From the NCBI GenBank assembly GCA_040902615.1, contig JBBDWZ010000087.1, positions 2,366-34,365 on the forward strand: 32,000 bases of DNA, read 5' to 3'. The DNA is from Gemmatimonadota bacterium. GTDB taxonomy: Bacteria > Gemmatimonadota > Gemmatimonadetes > Longimicrobiales > RSA9. Shown piece by piece: positions 5,849-14,242 of this stretch; positions within the stretch are counted from its first letter, which is position 1; every line of letters starts with the position of its first letter. Position numbers and translations under genes: made by a program. Under the pieces are notes generated by a model, which saw nothing but the letters and a program-made list of their open reading frames with translations, made no database searches and was not told the origin of the DNA.

Positions 5849-7906
5849 TTACGCCTCCTGTATGTTGCTTCTTGAAAGCACTTCACGTGCGGCCGCGATT
5901 GCATCCTCGCTACCGGCGATGAGCAGGATGTCACCGGACTTCAGTCGTTCCTTCCCCGTAGGGAGGATCACTTCACCCGGCTCGCGCCGAATGGCGAGCA
6001 CGGTTGCACCGGTTGATCCACGAAGGTTCAAATCGGTCAGGCTTCGGCCTAAGCTCGCCGAATCAGCAGTCAGCTTGTGCGCGACGGGTGCCCCCAACCC
6101 CGGCAACAGATCCTGCACTGGATTGGGACCGGCAGGGGCGGCCTCGGCTGGCAACTGCTGCGCGAGAGTCATGGCCAGGATCTCCGCACCCGCTCGGGCG
6201 TGACCCTGCAGGTTGGTTGCGCTCTTCCAGAACGCAACGGCAAACAACAACAGTACGATCCCGAGTATGGCGATACCGCGGAACGGCGGCAGGAACGGCT
6301 GGGTTACGGCGGCAATGGCGATGCCGGCCAATGCGAGGATGCCGAGCTGCAGCGTAATGGTCAACGCCTGACGTGGTGCCCGCCCATAATCGATTCGACC
6401 TTGGGTTACACCGGGCACGGCGCGATCGGACAGCGCCGTGGCCAAGAGGCGGCTGGTACGAAGCAGGCCATACACGAGCGGACTGGCGGCGAGCAAGCCC
6501 GCAGTCATGACGAGCGCTTCCGAATTGCGTTGAGTGAGCCCGGTCAGCTCCTGGACGAACTGAGTCAAACGCGGCAGCTCGAGAGCCCAGCCGATCACCA
6601 GCGCGATGATGAGCGCGACGTCGATCAGCATGATGGTGGTCACGCGCCCGAGGCGTACGCGATCTCCCGAAGGCCGGCGCAACTTTTCGATCCAGGCACC
6701 GTACAGCGAAACGAAGGTCTGCAGCGGTTTGGGCAACTTGCGATCGACGTAGTTGGCGGCCTGTGCCGAGTGTTTGATCAGCCAGGGAGTCGTGAGGGTC
6801 GTGATCGCCGATACGGCCACCGCGATGGGATAGAGGAACGGCCGGATCGCGCCGGTGGCGAGGCCCACGCCCGCAATGATGAAGGAGAACTCGCCGATCT
6901 GGGCGAGGCTCATACCGGCTTGCAGGGATGCGCGGACACTGTAGCCAGCCAGGAATGAGGCGGTGCTGACCGCGATCACTTTGCCGGTGATTACCATGGT
7001 GGCAAATATGAGCACGGCCGGCCAATGCTCCGCGATGACTGCAGGATCGATCAGCATTCCGACGGCCACGAAGAACACGGCGGCGAACAAGTCACGCACG
7101 GGCTGGATGCGTTGCTCGACGATTTCGGCCACGCCGGATTCAGCGGCCAGTGCCCCGACCAGGAAGGCGCCGAGTGCGACCGAGTAGCCAAACCGGAGCG
7201 CCAGCAACGCAGAGGCAAAGCACAATCCCACGGAGGCAACCACCGTAGTATCGGCTCGGCCGTGTTTCACGACGTAACGGATGAACCGCGGCACGAGCAG
7301 AATGCCGACGATCAGGAAGCCGGCCAGGAAGACGAGGAGGCGTGCTGCTGTCGCAGCGATGGTCGCGGCAGAAAAGCTGCCCTCCGCGGACATGGTGGTG
7401 AGCACCGCCATCAACAGGATCGCGATCAGATCCTCGACCACCAGCACGCCGAACACGATGTCGACGAACGGACCTTTGGCCTGTTGTTCCTCGAATGCTT
7501 TCGCGATGATCGTAGTACTCGAGATGGCGATGATGACGCCGGCGAACACCGATTCGATGGTAGTCCAGCCGAGCAATTGAGCAATCAGAAACCCGCAGAG
7601 CATCAGGCCCATACTCTCGGCCAGCGCGATGAGTCCCGCGGTTGGCGCGATGCGGATCAATCGACGCAGACTGAACTCGAGCCCCAGCGTGAACATCACG
7701 AGGATCACGCCCAACTCGGACAGCGAATGCACAATCTCTTCTTCGGCAACCAGCGGAACCGCGGGGAAGTGCGGCCCCACCAGGAAACCGGCGAGGAGAT
7801 AGCCGAATACAACGGGCAGGTGCAGTCGCTGGAAAATGGTCGCGGCAATACCGGCCACGACCAGTACGAGCGCGAGGTTTCGGAGGAATTCCACGGAATC
7901 GTGCAT
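5849..7906 (-). CDS. CPA2-family monovalent cation:proton antiporter (Kef/YbaL-like) with C-terminal RCK_C/TrkA-C domain
   Basis: About 12-13 hydrophobic segments follow the typical N-terminus LVLVVAGIAATIFQRLHLPVVFGYLLAGFLVGPH. The C-terminus LRGSTGATVLAIRREPGEVILPTGKERLKSGDILLIAGSEDAI is TrkA-C-like. Confidence 0.9.
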   Translation of the reverse strand: MHDSVEFLRNLALVLVVAGIAATIFQRLHLPVVFGYLLAGFLVGPHFPAVPLVAEEEIVHSLSELGVILVMFTLGLEFSLRRLIRIAPTAGLIALAESMGLMLCGFLIAQLLGWTTIESVFAGVIIAISSTTIIAKAFEEQQAKGPFVDIVFGVLVVEDLIAILLMAVLTTMSAEGSFSAATIAATAARLLVFLAGFLIVGILLVPRFIRYVVKHGRADTTVVASVGLCFASALLALRFGYSVALGAFLVGALAAESGVAEIVEQRIQPVRDLFAAVFFVAVGMLIDPAVIAEHWPAVLIFATMVITGKVIAVSTASFLAGYSVRASLQAGMSLAQIGEFSFIIAGVGLATGAIRPFLYPIAVAVSAITTLTTPWLIKHSAQAANYVDRKLPKPLQTFVSLYGAWIEKLRRPSGDRVRLGRVTTIMLIDVALIIALVIGWALELPRLTQFVQELTGLTQRNSEALVMTAGLLAASPLVYGLLRTSRLLATALSDRAVPGVTQGRIDYGRAPRQALTITLQLGILALAGIAIAAVTQPFLPPFRGIAILGIVLLLFAVAFWKSATNLQGHARAGAEILAMTLAQQLPAEAAPAGPNPVQDLLPGLGAPVAHKLTADSASLGRSLTDLNLRGSTGATVLAIRREPGEVILPTGKERLKSGDILLIAGSEDAIAAAREVLSRSNIQEA

Positions 7907-8474
7907 CAGGGCCTGGCTGCCAGCATGCGTCGTCCCTTTCCATAGTTATCACTACGATTCGTGAATACCAACACGCGCCACCCGGGGCGTGCCGAGCCTG
8001 CCAGGTGGCGTTGTGCCTGGTGTTGGATTATGCGTGGGCTGGCGGTGGAACCGAAGTAGCCAGATGTGAGATGCTGCGGGTTTGGGCAAGTGTGAGTTGA
8101 TCGGAGTAATTCAGGATCGCACGGACCTGCACCCGAAAACGACGGGCATGAGAGGTGGATTCTTCAGTGGCGGCATCGAGCCCTGAGTGCCGTACTCGAT
8201 CGACGTGTTGACGGATCGCCGAAAACACACTTTCCAACGCGTGACCCGGAGTCTGACGCAAAAGGATACGCGAGCCGGTTGGGGCTATGGTCGAGCGAGG
8301 CGTGGAACTCCGCGGAGGCTGGCGGGCCGATCCACGCAGAATGCGCTGCTTCCGGGGATGCGAGGCCAGTGGCAACCAGAACGAGCGAAATCCAAAACGA
8401 CCAGTCCGCCGCCGTCAGCGTATTCAATCGTCGGCCGGTCGTCTGGTCACGCGCCACGCGTTCTCCCCGCAAAG

Positions 8475-8504
8475 TTGACAGGGCTCGGAAAGCTCGGCTA
8501 AGAT
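8475..8504 (+). promoter_or_regulatory. Candidate sigma70-type promoter for the xdhC-mocA-oxidase operon
   Basis: The element is TTGACA (8475-8480), an 18-nt spacer, then TAAGAT (8499-8504). It overlaps the track ATG at 8503, which argues for the downstream start at 8566. Confidence 0.4.
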
Positions 8505-8510
8505 GCGCCG
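8487..8510 (+). promoter_or_regulatory. Copy 1 of a 24-nt motif GGAAAGCTCGGCTAAGATGCGCCG shared with 11977-12000
   Basis: It shares 21/24 identity, including a 14-nt exact core CGGCTAAGATGCGC, with the second copy. Both copies lie in intergenic gaps of the Mo-enzyme island. Confidence 0.4.
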
Positions 8511-8565
8511 TAACTCAGGGAGCGTCAACGACATCCCGCGCATCCCTCCTATCGATTGGCCAGCC

Positions 8566-9570
8566 ATGAACGAGCTGCTTCAACATCTCGGCATACTTCG
8601 CAGCACCGAACGACGCGGCGTCGTGGCGACACTGATTGGCACGAGTGGTCCCTCTCCGAGAAAAGTGGGGGCCAAGATGTGGGTGGGTGAAAGTGGTCGC
8701 TCTCTGGGCTCTGTGTCAGTCGGTGGCTGCATTGATGCGCGGGTCACGGAAGTTGCCCCCGACGTGATGCGCGAAAACAAGCCGCGCGTATTGAGCATCG
8801 ACATGAGCGATGCGTCACTCGACCTGGGGTTTACCTGTGCCGGCATGCTCGACGTGCTGATCGAGCCGGTGGAATTCGCCAATCCCGACGATCCGATCGT
8901 GCGCAGCTACGAGACCGTGAGGTCAGTGACCGAGACCGGCGGCAGGAGTGCGATCATTACCCAGCTGGAAGGTGCGTTCGATCGCACCATTCTCGGCGAC
9001 GAAGACGAACGGATGCGGGAGCTGTTCGAGCGGGGCGCATCCCAGACGATAGCGGAGGGTGGCTCCAGGGCATTTGCCGAACTGCATCAACCGGCCACGC
9101 TTCTGGCGATACTGGGCGCCGGGCCGGTTGCCCCGCCGCTCATCGAGCTGGCCAAGGCGCTGGGTCTGCGCACGCTGGTCGTGGATCCGCGGCCGAAAGT
9201 TGCCGATGCGCAATTGCAGGCCGACGAAATACGCACCGGTGACGCCGGCGCCGCGGCAAAACAGTTGGGTGCAAACACTGCGGTCGTACTGTTGGCGCAT
9301 GACTACAAGTATGACCTGCCGATCCTTCGTTCGTTGCTCACCGGTGATGTGCCATACATCGGTTTACTGGGCAGCCGGCGGCGGGGCAAGGCTCTTCTCG
9401 AGTTCCTCGCCGGCGAAGGCTGGGAGGCGGATGCGCTCGCGCGGATCCGCGTGCCGGTCGGTCTCGACATCGGTGCGGAATCGCCCAAGGAACTGGCTCT
9501 CAGTATTCTGGCCGAAGTGATGGCCGTGTTGCGCGGGAAGAGTGGTGGACGTTTGTCCGGCGATCGCTGA
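8566..9570 (+). CDS. xdhC: XdhC/CoxI-family molybdenum-hydroxylase maturation protein
   Basis: The N-terminal XdhC_CoxI signature is VATLIGTSGPSPRKVGAKMWV...GSVSVGGCIDA. The Rossmann-like XdhC_C part is LAILGAGPVAPPLIELAKALG. ATG 8566 (MNELLQHLG) gives a typical N-terminus; the track alternative is 8503. Confidence 0.85.
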   Translation: MNELLQHLGILRSTERRGVVATLIGTSGPSPRKVGAKMWVGESGRSLGSVSVGGCIDARVTEVAPDVMRENKPRVLSIDMSDASLDLGFTCAGMLDVLIEPVEFANPDDPIVRSYETVRSVTETGGRSAIITQLEGAFDRTILGDEDERMRELFERGASQTIAEGGSRAFAELHQPATLLAILGAGPVAPPLIELAKALGLRTLVVDPRPKVADAQLQADEIRTGDAGAAAKQLGANTAVVLLAHDYKYDLPILRSLLTGDVPYIGLLGSRRRGKALLEFLAGEGWEADALARIRVPVGLDIGAESPKELALSILAEVMAVLRGKSGGRLSGDR

Positions 9571-10152
9571 GTGCCACGTGTTGCTGCGGTGGTCCTGGCT
9601 GCAGGCCGCAGCGTTCGCTTCGAAGGCACCAAGCTGCTGGCGCAGGTTGGCACGGTGCCGCTGCTGCGCATTGTGGTCGAGACTGTGGTCAGCGCGGTCG
9701 ATTCCGTGGTGGTGGTCCTGGGTCACGATGCCGAGCAGGTGCGCACCGCACTGTCCGGTTTGCCGGTGAAATCAGTGGTCAACCCGCGGTACGCCGAGGG
9801 CATGGGCACATCGGTTGCCGCCGGCGTGAGCGCCCTGCCGAATGACATCGACGCCGTACTGATTGCGCTGGGTGATCAGCCGGTCCGTGCCGAAGTCATT
9901 ACAGAGCTGATTGTGGCGTACGGCCACGGTCAGCCGTCGATTGTCGCACCGGCCTACAACGGCGTGCGCGGCAATCCAGTGCTGTTCGATCGCAGTCTCT
10001 TTCATGAGTTGGAAACGCTCACTGGTGACCGGGGCGCACGCGACCTGATTGGACGGCATCAGCGGCTCGCGATGATCATACCCTTCGGATTTCCCGCGCC
10101 ACTCGACGTCGATACCCAGGACGACTTCCAGAAGCTGCTGCGTCAGTGGTAA
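9571..10152 (+). CDS. mocA: MobA-like nucleotidyltransferase, probable molybdenum cofactor cytidylyltransferase
   Basis: The N-terminal motif AAVVLAAGRSVRFEGTKLLA and the motif LIALGDQP are present. GTG 9571 abuts the xdhC stop. The context next to xdhC and CoxSLM-type genes fits. Confidence 0.8.
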   Translation: MPRVAAVVLAAGRSVRFEGTKLLAQVGTVPLLRIVVETVVSAVDSVVVVLGHDAEQVRTALSGLPVKSVVNPRYAEGMGTSVAAGVSALPNDIDAVLIALGDQPVRAEVITELIVAYGHGQPSIVAPAYNGVRGNPVLFDRSLFHELETLTGDRGARDLIGRHQRLAMIIPFGFPAPLDVDTQDDFQKLLRQW

Positions 10153-11252
10153 CCTGCGATGTGTTCATTGCCGGACTCGGTGTCATGGGTGGCGCCCTGG
10201 CTCGCTCGCTGGCGCGAGCCGGATTGCGCGTGGCCGGCTGTGACGCATTGCAGCCGCCGCACCGGATGGGTTCATCGCATGGGGAATCGCGCATCATTCG
10301 CGCGGCCTACTTCGAGGATCCGATCTACACGCCCCTGGCGTTGCAGGCGTTTCACGATTGGCGGGCCCTCGAGCAGGAGACCGGCCGTTCGCTGCTGCGC
10401 GTCACTGGCGGTCTCAACATCGGTCCACCCAACGGCATGCTGGTGTCCGGTGCACTGGCCAGTGCGCGGCAGCATGGCCTGGCGCATGAGCTGCTTTCCA
10501 GCGCTGAAGTCATGCGACGCCATCCTGGACTGCGCGTCCGCACGGGGCACGTCGCGGTCTTTGAGCCCGACGCCGGCATACTCGACCCGGAAGGATGTGT
10601 TGCGGCGTTGCTCGAGTCGGCGCAAAGCGCGGGCGCGGAATTGCATTTCGATCAGCCGCTGCACAGTTGGACGCGTCGTAATGAATTCACCATCGAGACC
10701 AACGGTGGCACTTACCGCGCAAAGTCGCTGGTGCTGGCAGTCGGCGCCTGGCTGCCTGCGTTCAAGCCCGAACTGCCACTGATCGTCACACGACAGCCCA
10801 TCTTCTGGTTCGATACCGTGGAACCAGAGTTCTACTCAGAAAGACGGTTGCCGCATTACCTCATCGAGTTCGAGCCGGATCGCGTGTTCTACGGCTTCCC
10901 CGATCTGGGTGGTGGCCTGAAATGCGCAATCCACCATGAGGGCGAGCCCGCACGGGCCGATGCGGTCGATCGCGAGCTGCGCATTGATGAGTTGGATCAC
11001 GTGCGTGCGCTGGTCGCGGAATTCCTGCCGGACGCACTCGGACCACTGCGGAAGAGTGACGTCTGCCTCTACACGAAAACGCCGGACGGCCATTTCCTGA
11101 TCGATCGTGACGCCACAGAACCGGGCCTTGTGCTGCTCAGCCCGTGCTCCGGTCACGGCTTCAAGTTCGCACCCGCACTCGCAAACCTGGTGGCCGAAGC
11201 GATGGCGTCCCAAGCTGCGTTGCCGAAGGTGTTCGCCTGCGATCGTTGGTAG
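10146..11252 (+). CDS. FAD-dependent amine oxidase of the monomeric sarcosine oxidase / N-methyltryptophan oxidase family
   Basis: The dinucleotide fold is DVFIAGLGVMGGALARSLARAG. The C-terminal motif is SPCSGHGFKFAP, the family region that holds the flavinylated Cys. The start overlaps the mocA stop by 7 nt. Confidence 0.8.
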   Translation: MVTCDVFIAGLGVMGGALARSLARAGLRVAGCDALQPPHRMGSSHGESRIIRAAYFEDPIYTPLALQAFHDWRALEQETGRSLLRVTGGLNIGPPNGMLVSGALASARQHGLAHELLSSAEVMRRHPGLRVRTGHVAVFEPDAGILDPEGCVAALLESAQSAGAELHFDQPLHSWTRRNEFTIETNGGTYRAKSLVLAVGAWLPAFKPELPLIVTRQPIFWFDTVEPEFYSERRLPHYLIEFEPDRVFYGFPDLGGGLKCAIHHEGEPARADAVDRELRIDELDHVRALVAEFLPDALGPLRKSDVCLYTKTPDGHFLIDRDATEPGLVLLSPCSGHGFKFAPALANLVAEAMASQAALPKVFACDRW

Positions 11253-11256
11253 GTTT

Positions 11257-11298
11257 GCGGATCGCGGATTGCGGATCGCGGATCGCGGATTGCGATCG
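11257..11298. repeat. Heptanucleotide tandem array GCGGATY x5 plus a degenerate sixth unit
   Basis: The units are GCGGATC GCGGATT GCGGATC GCGGATC GCGGATT GCGATCG. They fill the 54-nt gap between two convergent genes, and TGCGATCG flanks both sides. Confidence 0.85.
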
Positions 11299-11306
11299 GG
11301 CTGCAG

Positions 11307-11951
11307 TCAGCCTCTTCCACCGAACAGCCGGCGCAGCCAGGCGATTAGCGCGCGCCAGAGTAGCGGCAGGACGCTGACCGCCTGCGGAGGCACGGGCGTG
11401 GGTGCGGTAGAATTCGGTATCGAGGCGGAAGGATTCGGGGTCGACGGGGGAGCATTCGAAATCGAATCTGACACTGGTATCGAATTGACCGCTGGCTCGG
11501 CTTCCAACTTCGCCTTTACGCACTCTGCAAACTGCCTGAACATCTGCCGCGATACTTCTTCCATGAGTCCGCGGCCAAACTGAACGAGTTTGCCGACGAC
11601 CTCGACATCGGACTGCACCTTCACGCGTGATGCGCCGTTGGGCAATGTTTCGACTACACTGACCATCGTCAGTTTTGCCGAACCGGCGCCGCCGGTGTCC
11701 TGGCCCTCACCACTCAGACGTACGCGCCGTGCGACGGCATCGATTTCGTCGAAGCGGGCGCGGCCGCGAAAGGATGCAGTGACTGGTCCAACCTTCACAC
11801 GCATACGTCCAAGGAAAGTCTGGTCGTCCTGGGTTTCGAGTAGCTCGGCGCCGGGCAAACACTGAACGACCTGGCCGGGATCGATCAGCCACGCGAACAC
11901 GCGGTCTGGTGATGCGCGCACCTCGAACTCTTCGGCAATGCTGACGCCCAC
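11307..11951 (-). CDS. coxG: CoxG-family SRPBCC protein with Pro/Ser-rich linker and amphipathic C-terminal tail
   Basis: The N-terminal ~150 aa match the CoxG pattern (FEVRASPDRVFAWLIDPGQVVQCLPGAE...VKVGPVTASFRG). The GTG start follows AGGAG after 7 nt. The C-terminus is PPSTPNPSASIPNSTAPTPVPP followed by LPLLWRALIAWLRRLFGG. Confidence 0.8.
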   Translation of the reverse strand: MGVSIAEEFEVRASPDRVFAWLIDPGQVVQCLPGAELLETQDDQTFLGRMRVKVGPVTASFRGRARFDEIDAVARRVRLSGEGQDTGGAGSAKLTMVSVVETLPNGASRVKVQSDVEVVGKLVQFGRGLMEEVSRQMFRQFAECVKAKLEAEPAVNSIPVSDSISNAPPSTPNPSASIPNSTAPTPVPPQAVSVLPLLWRALIAWLRRLFGGRG

Positions 11952-11976
11952 GAACGCGCTCCTGGCAGAGTTGGAT

Positions 11977-12000
11977 GGAAGGCCCGGCTAAGATGCGCGG
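11977..12000 (+). promoter_or_regulatory. Copy 2 of the 24-nt motif (GGAAGGCCCGGCTAAGATGCGCGG), between the amidase stop and the coxG RBS
   Basis: See 8487-8510. This copy is in the same orientation on the + strand, so it is antisense to the flanking minus-strand genes. Confidence 0.4.
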
Positions 12001-12004
12001 TTGA

Positions 12005-13390
12005 TCACAACGACGGAAGCCCGATCGGCCGCGCCGCCTGGACCGCGCCGGCCAGGGCGAGCACAGCTTCTTCACCCTGCGGTTTGCCGACGATCTGCAG
12101 GCCGACCGGCAATCCCTCGGCATCGAGTCCGCAAGGCACGGATGCGACCGGCAGTCCGGTCAAGCTCAGCACAAACGTGGGCGCAATCCAGTCGACGTAG
12201 GTCTCCAGCTTCCGCCCGGCGACCGTATCAGGATAGTTCTGCTCGACCGGGAACGGAGGCACCGCCATGCAGGGAGTCAGCACATAATCGAATCGCTCGA
12301 ACAACGTACGGAAACGATGCCAGAGTTTTCCGCGTACGTGCTCGGCCGCCGCAAACTGCTGCATTGACGTCTCGAGTCCGGCCCGCACGTTGTTGGCGAC
12401 GTTGGTGCCAAACTCAGCTCTGCGATCCAGGCGAGTATGCTGGTGCGCCACCATCCAGTAGCCGCGTAGCGCGAGAAATGCGTTTCGCGTTTCGGAAAGA
12501 TCGAGCGCGATTTCGGCTACGGTGGCGCCTGCCTGCTGCAGCTCGAGCACGGCGGAGCGACAGATATTTTCGATGCCATCGTCGACGCCAATGCCGGTCA
12601 GGTCCGCACAGTATGCGATGCGTAGCCCACCCGGAATTCCACGCCGCACTGCACCAACGAAGTCGCGACCCATTACCGGCTGCGCGAGTGGAGCCAGCGA
12701 GCTGGGTCCACACACGGCCTGCAGTGAGATCGCAACATCCTCCGCGGTACGAGCCATTGTGCCCGTGACCTGCAGCGTGTCCCAGACGTAGTCGGACGGA
12801 TAGGTCGGTATCAGACCGGGTGAAGGCCGCAGGCCGACGATGCCGCAGAACGATGCCGGGATGCGCAGGGAACCACCGAGGTCGGTGCCTTCGGCGAGCG
12901 CAATCATCCCGGTTGCCAGTGCGGCTGCACCGCCGCCGGTCGATCCACCGGCGCTGCGGTCCAGGTTCCACGGATTCCGCGTGCGGCCAAACACTTCGTT
13001 GAAGGTATTCCCGCCGGCAGCAAATTCAGGCGTATTGGTTTTTCCGATGATGATTGCACCGGCCGCGCGGAATCGCTGAACGACCAGGGCATCTTCGGTA
13101 GGTACGTGGTCGCGGTACATCGGTGAGCCAAAGGTCGTGCGCACACCCGCAACCGGCGTCACGTCCTTGATGCCGACTGGCAAACCAAACAGCGGCCCCG
13201 GCTCCTCGCCGCGCGCGCGCCGGGCATCGAGCGCTCGTGCATCCTCGAGCGCGTGATGATTGAGCGTTACAATCGCGTTGATGCGCGGATTGAGGTCTGC
13301 GATACGGTCGAGCGTTGTGGCGGTCAGCTCCTCGGCAGAGAGCGCGCGGTTGCGCAGCAGGGTGAGGAGCTGGGCGGCGGATCGTGTCAC
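12005..13390 (-). CDS. Amidase-signature family amidohydrolase
   Basis: The catalytic Lys context is LPVGIKD and the signature is GGSTGGGAAALA with the Ser-cisSer-Lys arrangement. The protein is 461 aa. Confidence 0.9.
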   Translation of the reverse strand: MTRSAAQLLTLLRNRALSAEELTATTLDRIADLNPRINAIVTLNHHALEDARALDARRARGEEPGPLFGLPVGIKDVTPVAGVRTTFGSPMYRDHVPTEDALVVQRFRAAGAIIIGKTNTPEFAAGGNTFNEVFGRTRNPWNLDRSAGGSTGGGAAALATGMIALAEGTDLGGSLRIPASFCGIVGLRPSPGLIPTYPSDYVWDTLQVTGTMARTAEDVAISLQAVCGPSSLAPLAQPVMGRDFVGAVRRGIPGGLRIAYCADLTGIGVDDGIENICRSAVLELQQAGATVAEIALDLSETRNAFLALRGYWMVAHQHTRLDRRAEFGTNVANNVRAGLETSMQQFAAAEHVRGKLWHRFRTLFERFDYVLTPCMAVPPFPVEQNYPDTVAGRKLETYVDWIAPTFVLSLTGLPVASVPCGLDAEGLPVGLQIVGKPQGEEAVLALAGAVQAARPIGLPSL

Positions 13391-13396
13391 TGCCAG

Positions 13397-14182
13397 CTAG
13401 TCCGTGAACGCCACTGTGCGCGCAAATGCCGCTTCACCGCCCTTGAACTTCCACGGAAAGCAACCGATGACGAGCCGTTTGTTCTGCAGCTCCGGCGCGC
13501 TGATGTCGCCACCGAGGTTCTCGATGTGAATGCAGTTGTGCGGGAAGAGGGCATTGTGGGTCAGCTGGTAGTGCTCTTCAGGGAACAGCTTCGCCACGCC
13601 GGCCGGGCCCCCGAATTTGTGCTCGGCCATGCGCCGCACGCGATCGCAGTGGCCGAATGTGCCTTTCCCGAGAAAACGGCCGATCGGCAGGTTCATCGGA
13701 TGATCGGTCGAAATCGCATCGACGCCCCAGATGTGGATCTTCTTGTCGAGCAGCCAGGGCACCAGGTCGGGGTGCGGGCCCGGATGAAAATGCACGTAGC
13801 GCTCCTCATCGGCATCCTCACCAAACTGACCGAAACGATGCCAGCCGGTGTTGAGAATCAGGATGTCGCCATCCTTCACCTCGACCTTGCTCTCGATCAT
13901 TTGCGGTGAGTAGACGGCCAGCTCATCCATCTCTTTGCGCAGATCAACGATCACGCCCGGTCCATACAGCCAATCCAGCGGTATTTCATCGATGGTCATG
14001 CCGTTGGTCACGAAATGGCGCGGCGCATCGAGGTGCGTGCCCATGTGATTCGACGTCATGATGTACTGCGCGTTCACGCCGTGCTCCACCTTGCGCTTGA
14101 TGTATTTCACTTCGAACGGCGGATAGTATGGCCAGAAGAAGCTGTCTTGATTGAGCGGCTGCGACAAGTCGTGGATTTTCAT
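13397..14182 (-). CDS. Cyclase-family metal-dependent hydrolase (kynurenine formamidase / isatin hydrolase family)
   Basis: The motif HMGTHLDAPRHF (HxGTHxDxPxH) is present, with a downstream DHP/H cluster. The start lies 6 nt upstream of the amidase gene. Confidence 0.85.
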   Translation of the reverse strand: MKIHDLSQPLNQDSFFWPYYPPFEVKYIKRKVEHGVNAQYIMTSNHMGTHLDAPRHFVTNGMTIDEIPLDWLYGPGVIVDLRKEMDELAVYSPQMIESKVEVKDGDILILNTGWHRFGQFGEDADEERYVHFHPGPHPDLVPWLLDKKIHIWGVDAISTDHPMNLPIGRFLGKGTFGHCDRVRRMAEHKFGGPAGVAKLFPEEHYQLTHNALFPHNCIHIENLGGDISAPELQNKRLVIGCFPWKFKGGEAAFARTVAFTD

Positions 14183-14242
14183 GACGCCTCACGCGGGTCT
14201 GTGCCAAATAATGTGGGCTGGACGATACGGGGATCGATCGAG

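Noticed and set aside
8028-8501. Calling any of the ORFs 8028-8375(-), 8164-8472(-), 8187-8501(+), 8279-8569(+) or 8287-8478(+) as genes
   Set aside because: They overlap one another, lack RBSs, have weak codon bias and show skewed Arg/Ser/Pro composition. The region is reported only as an unexplained gap or possible pseudogene.
8505-8565. Moco riboswitch upstream of the xdhC-mocA operon
   Set aside because: If the TTGACA-N18-TAAGAT promoter is real, the leader is only ~55 nt, too short for the ~130-nt Moco element. I could not recognise its conserved features in 7907-8565 either.
11257-11298. CRISPR array (also considered for 29199-29306)
   Set aside because: The repeat units are only 7-8 nt with no spacers of 25-40 nt, and no cas genes are in the window. 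These are microsatellite or iteron-type repeats.
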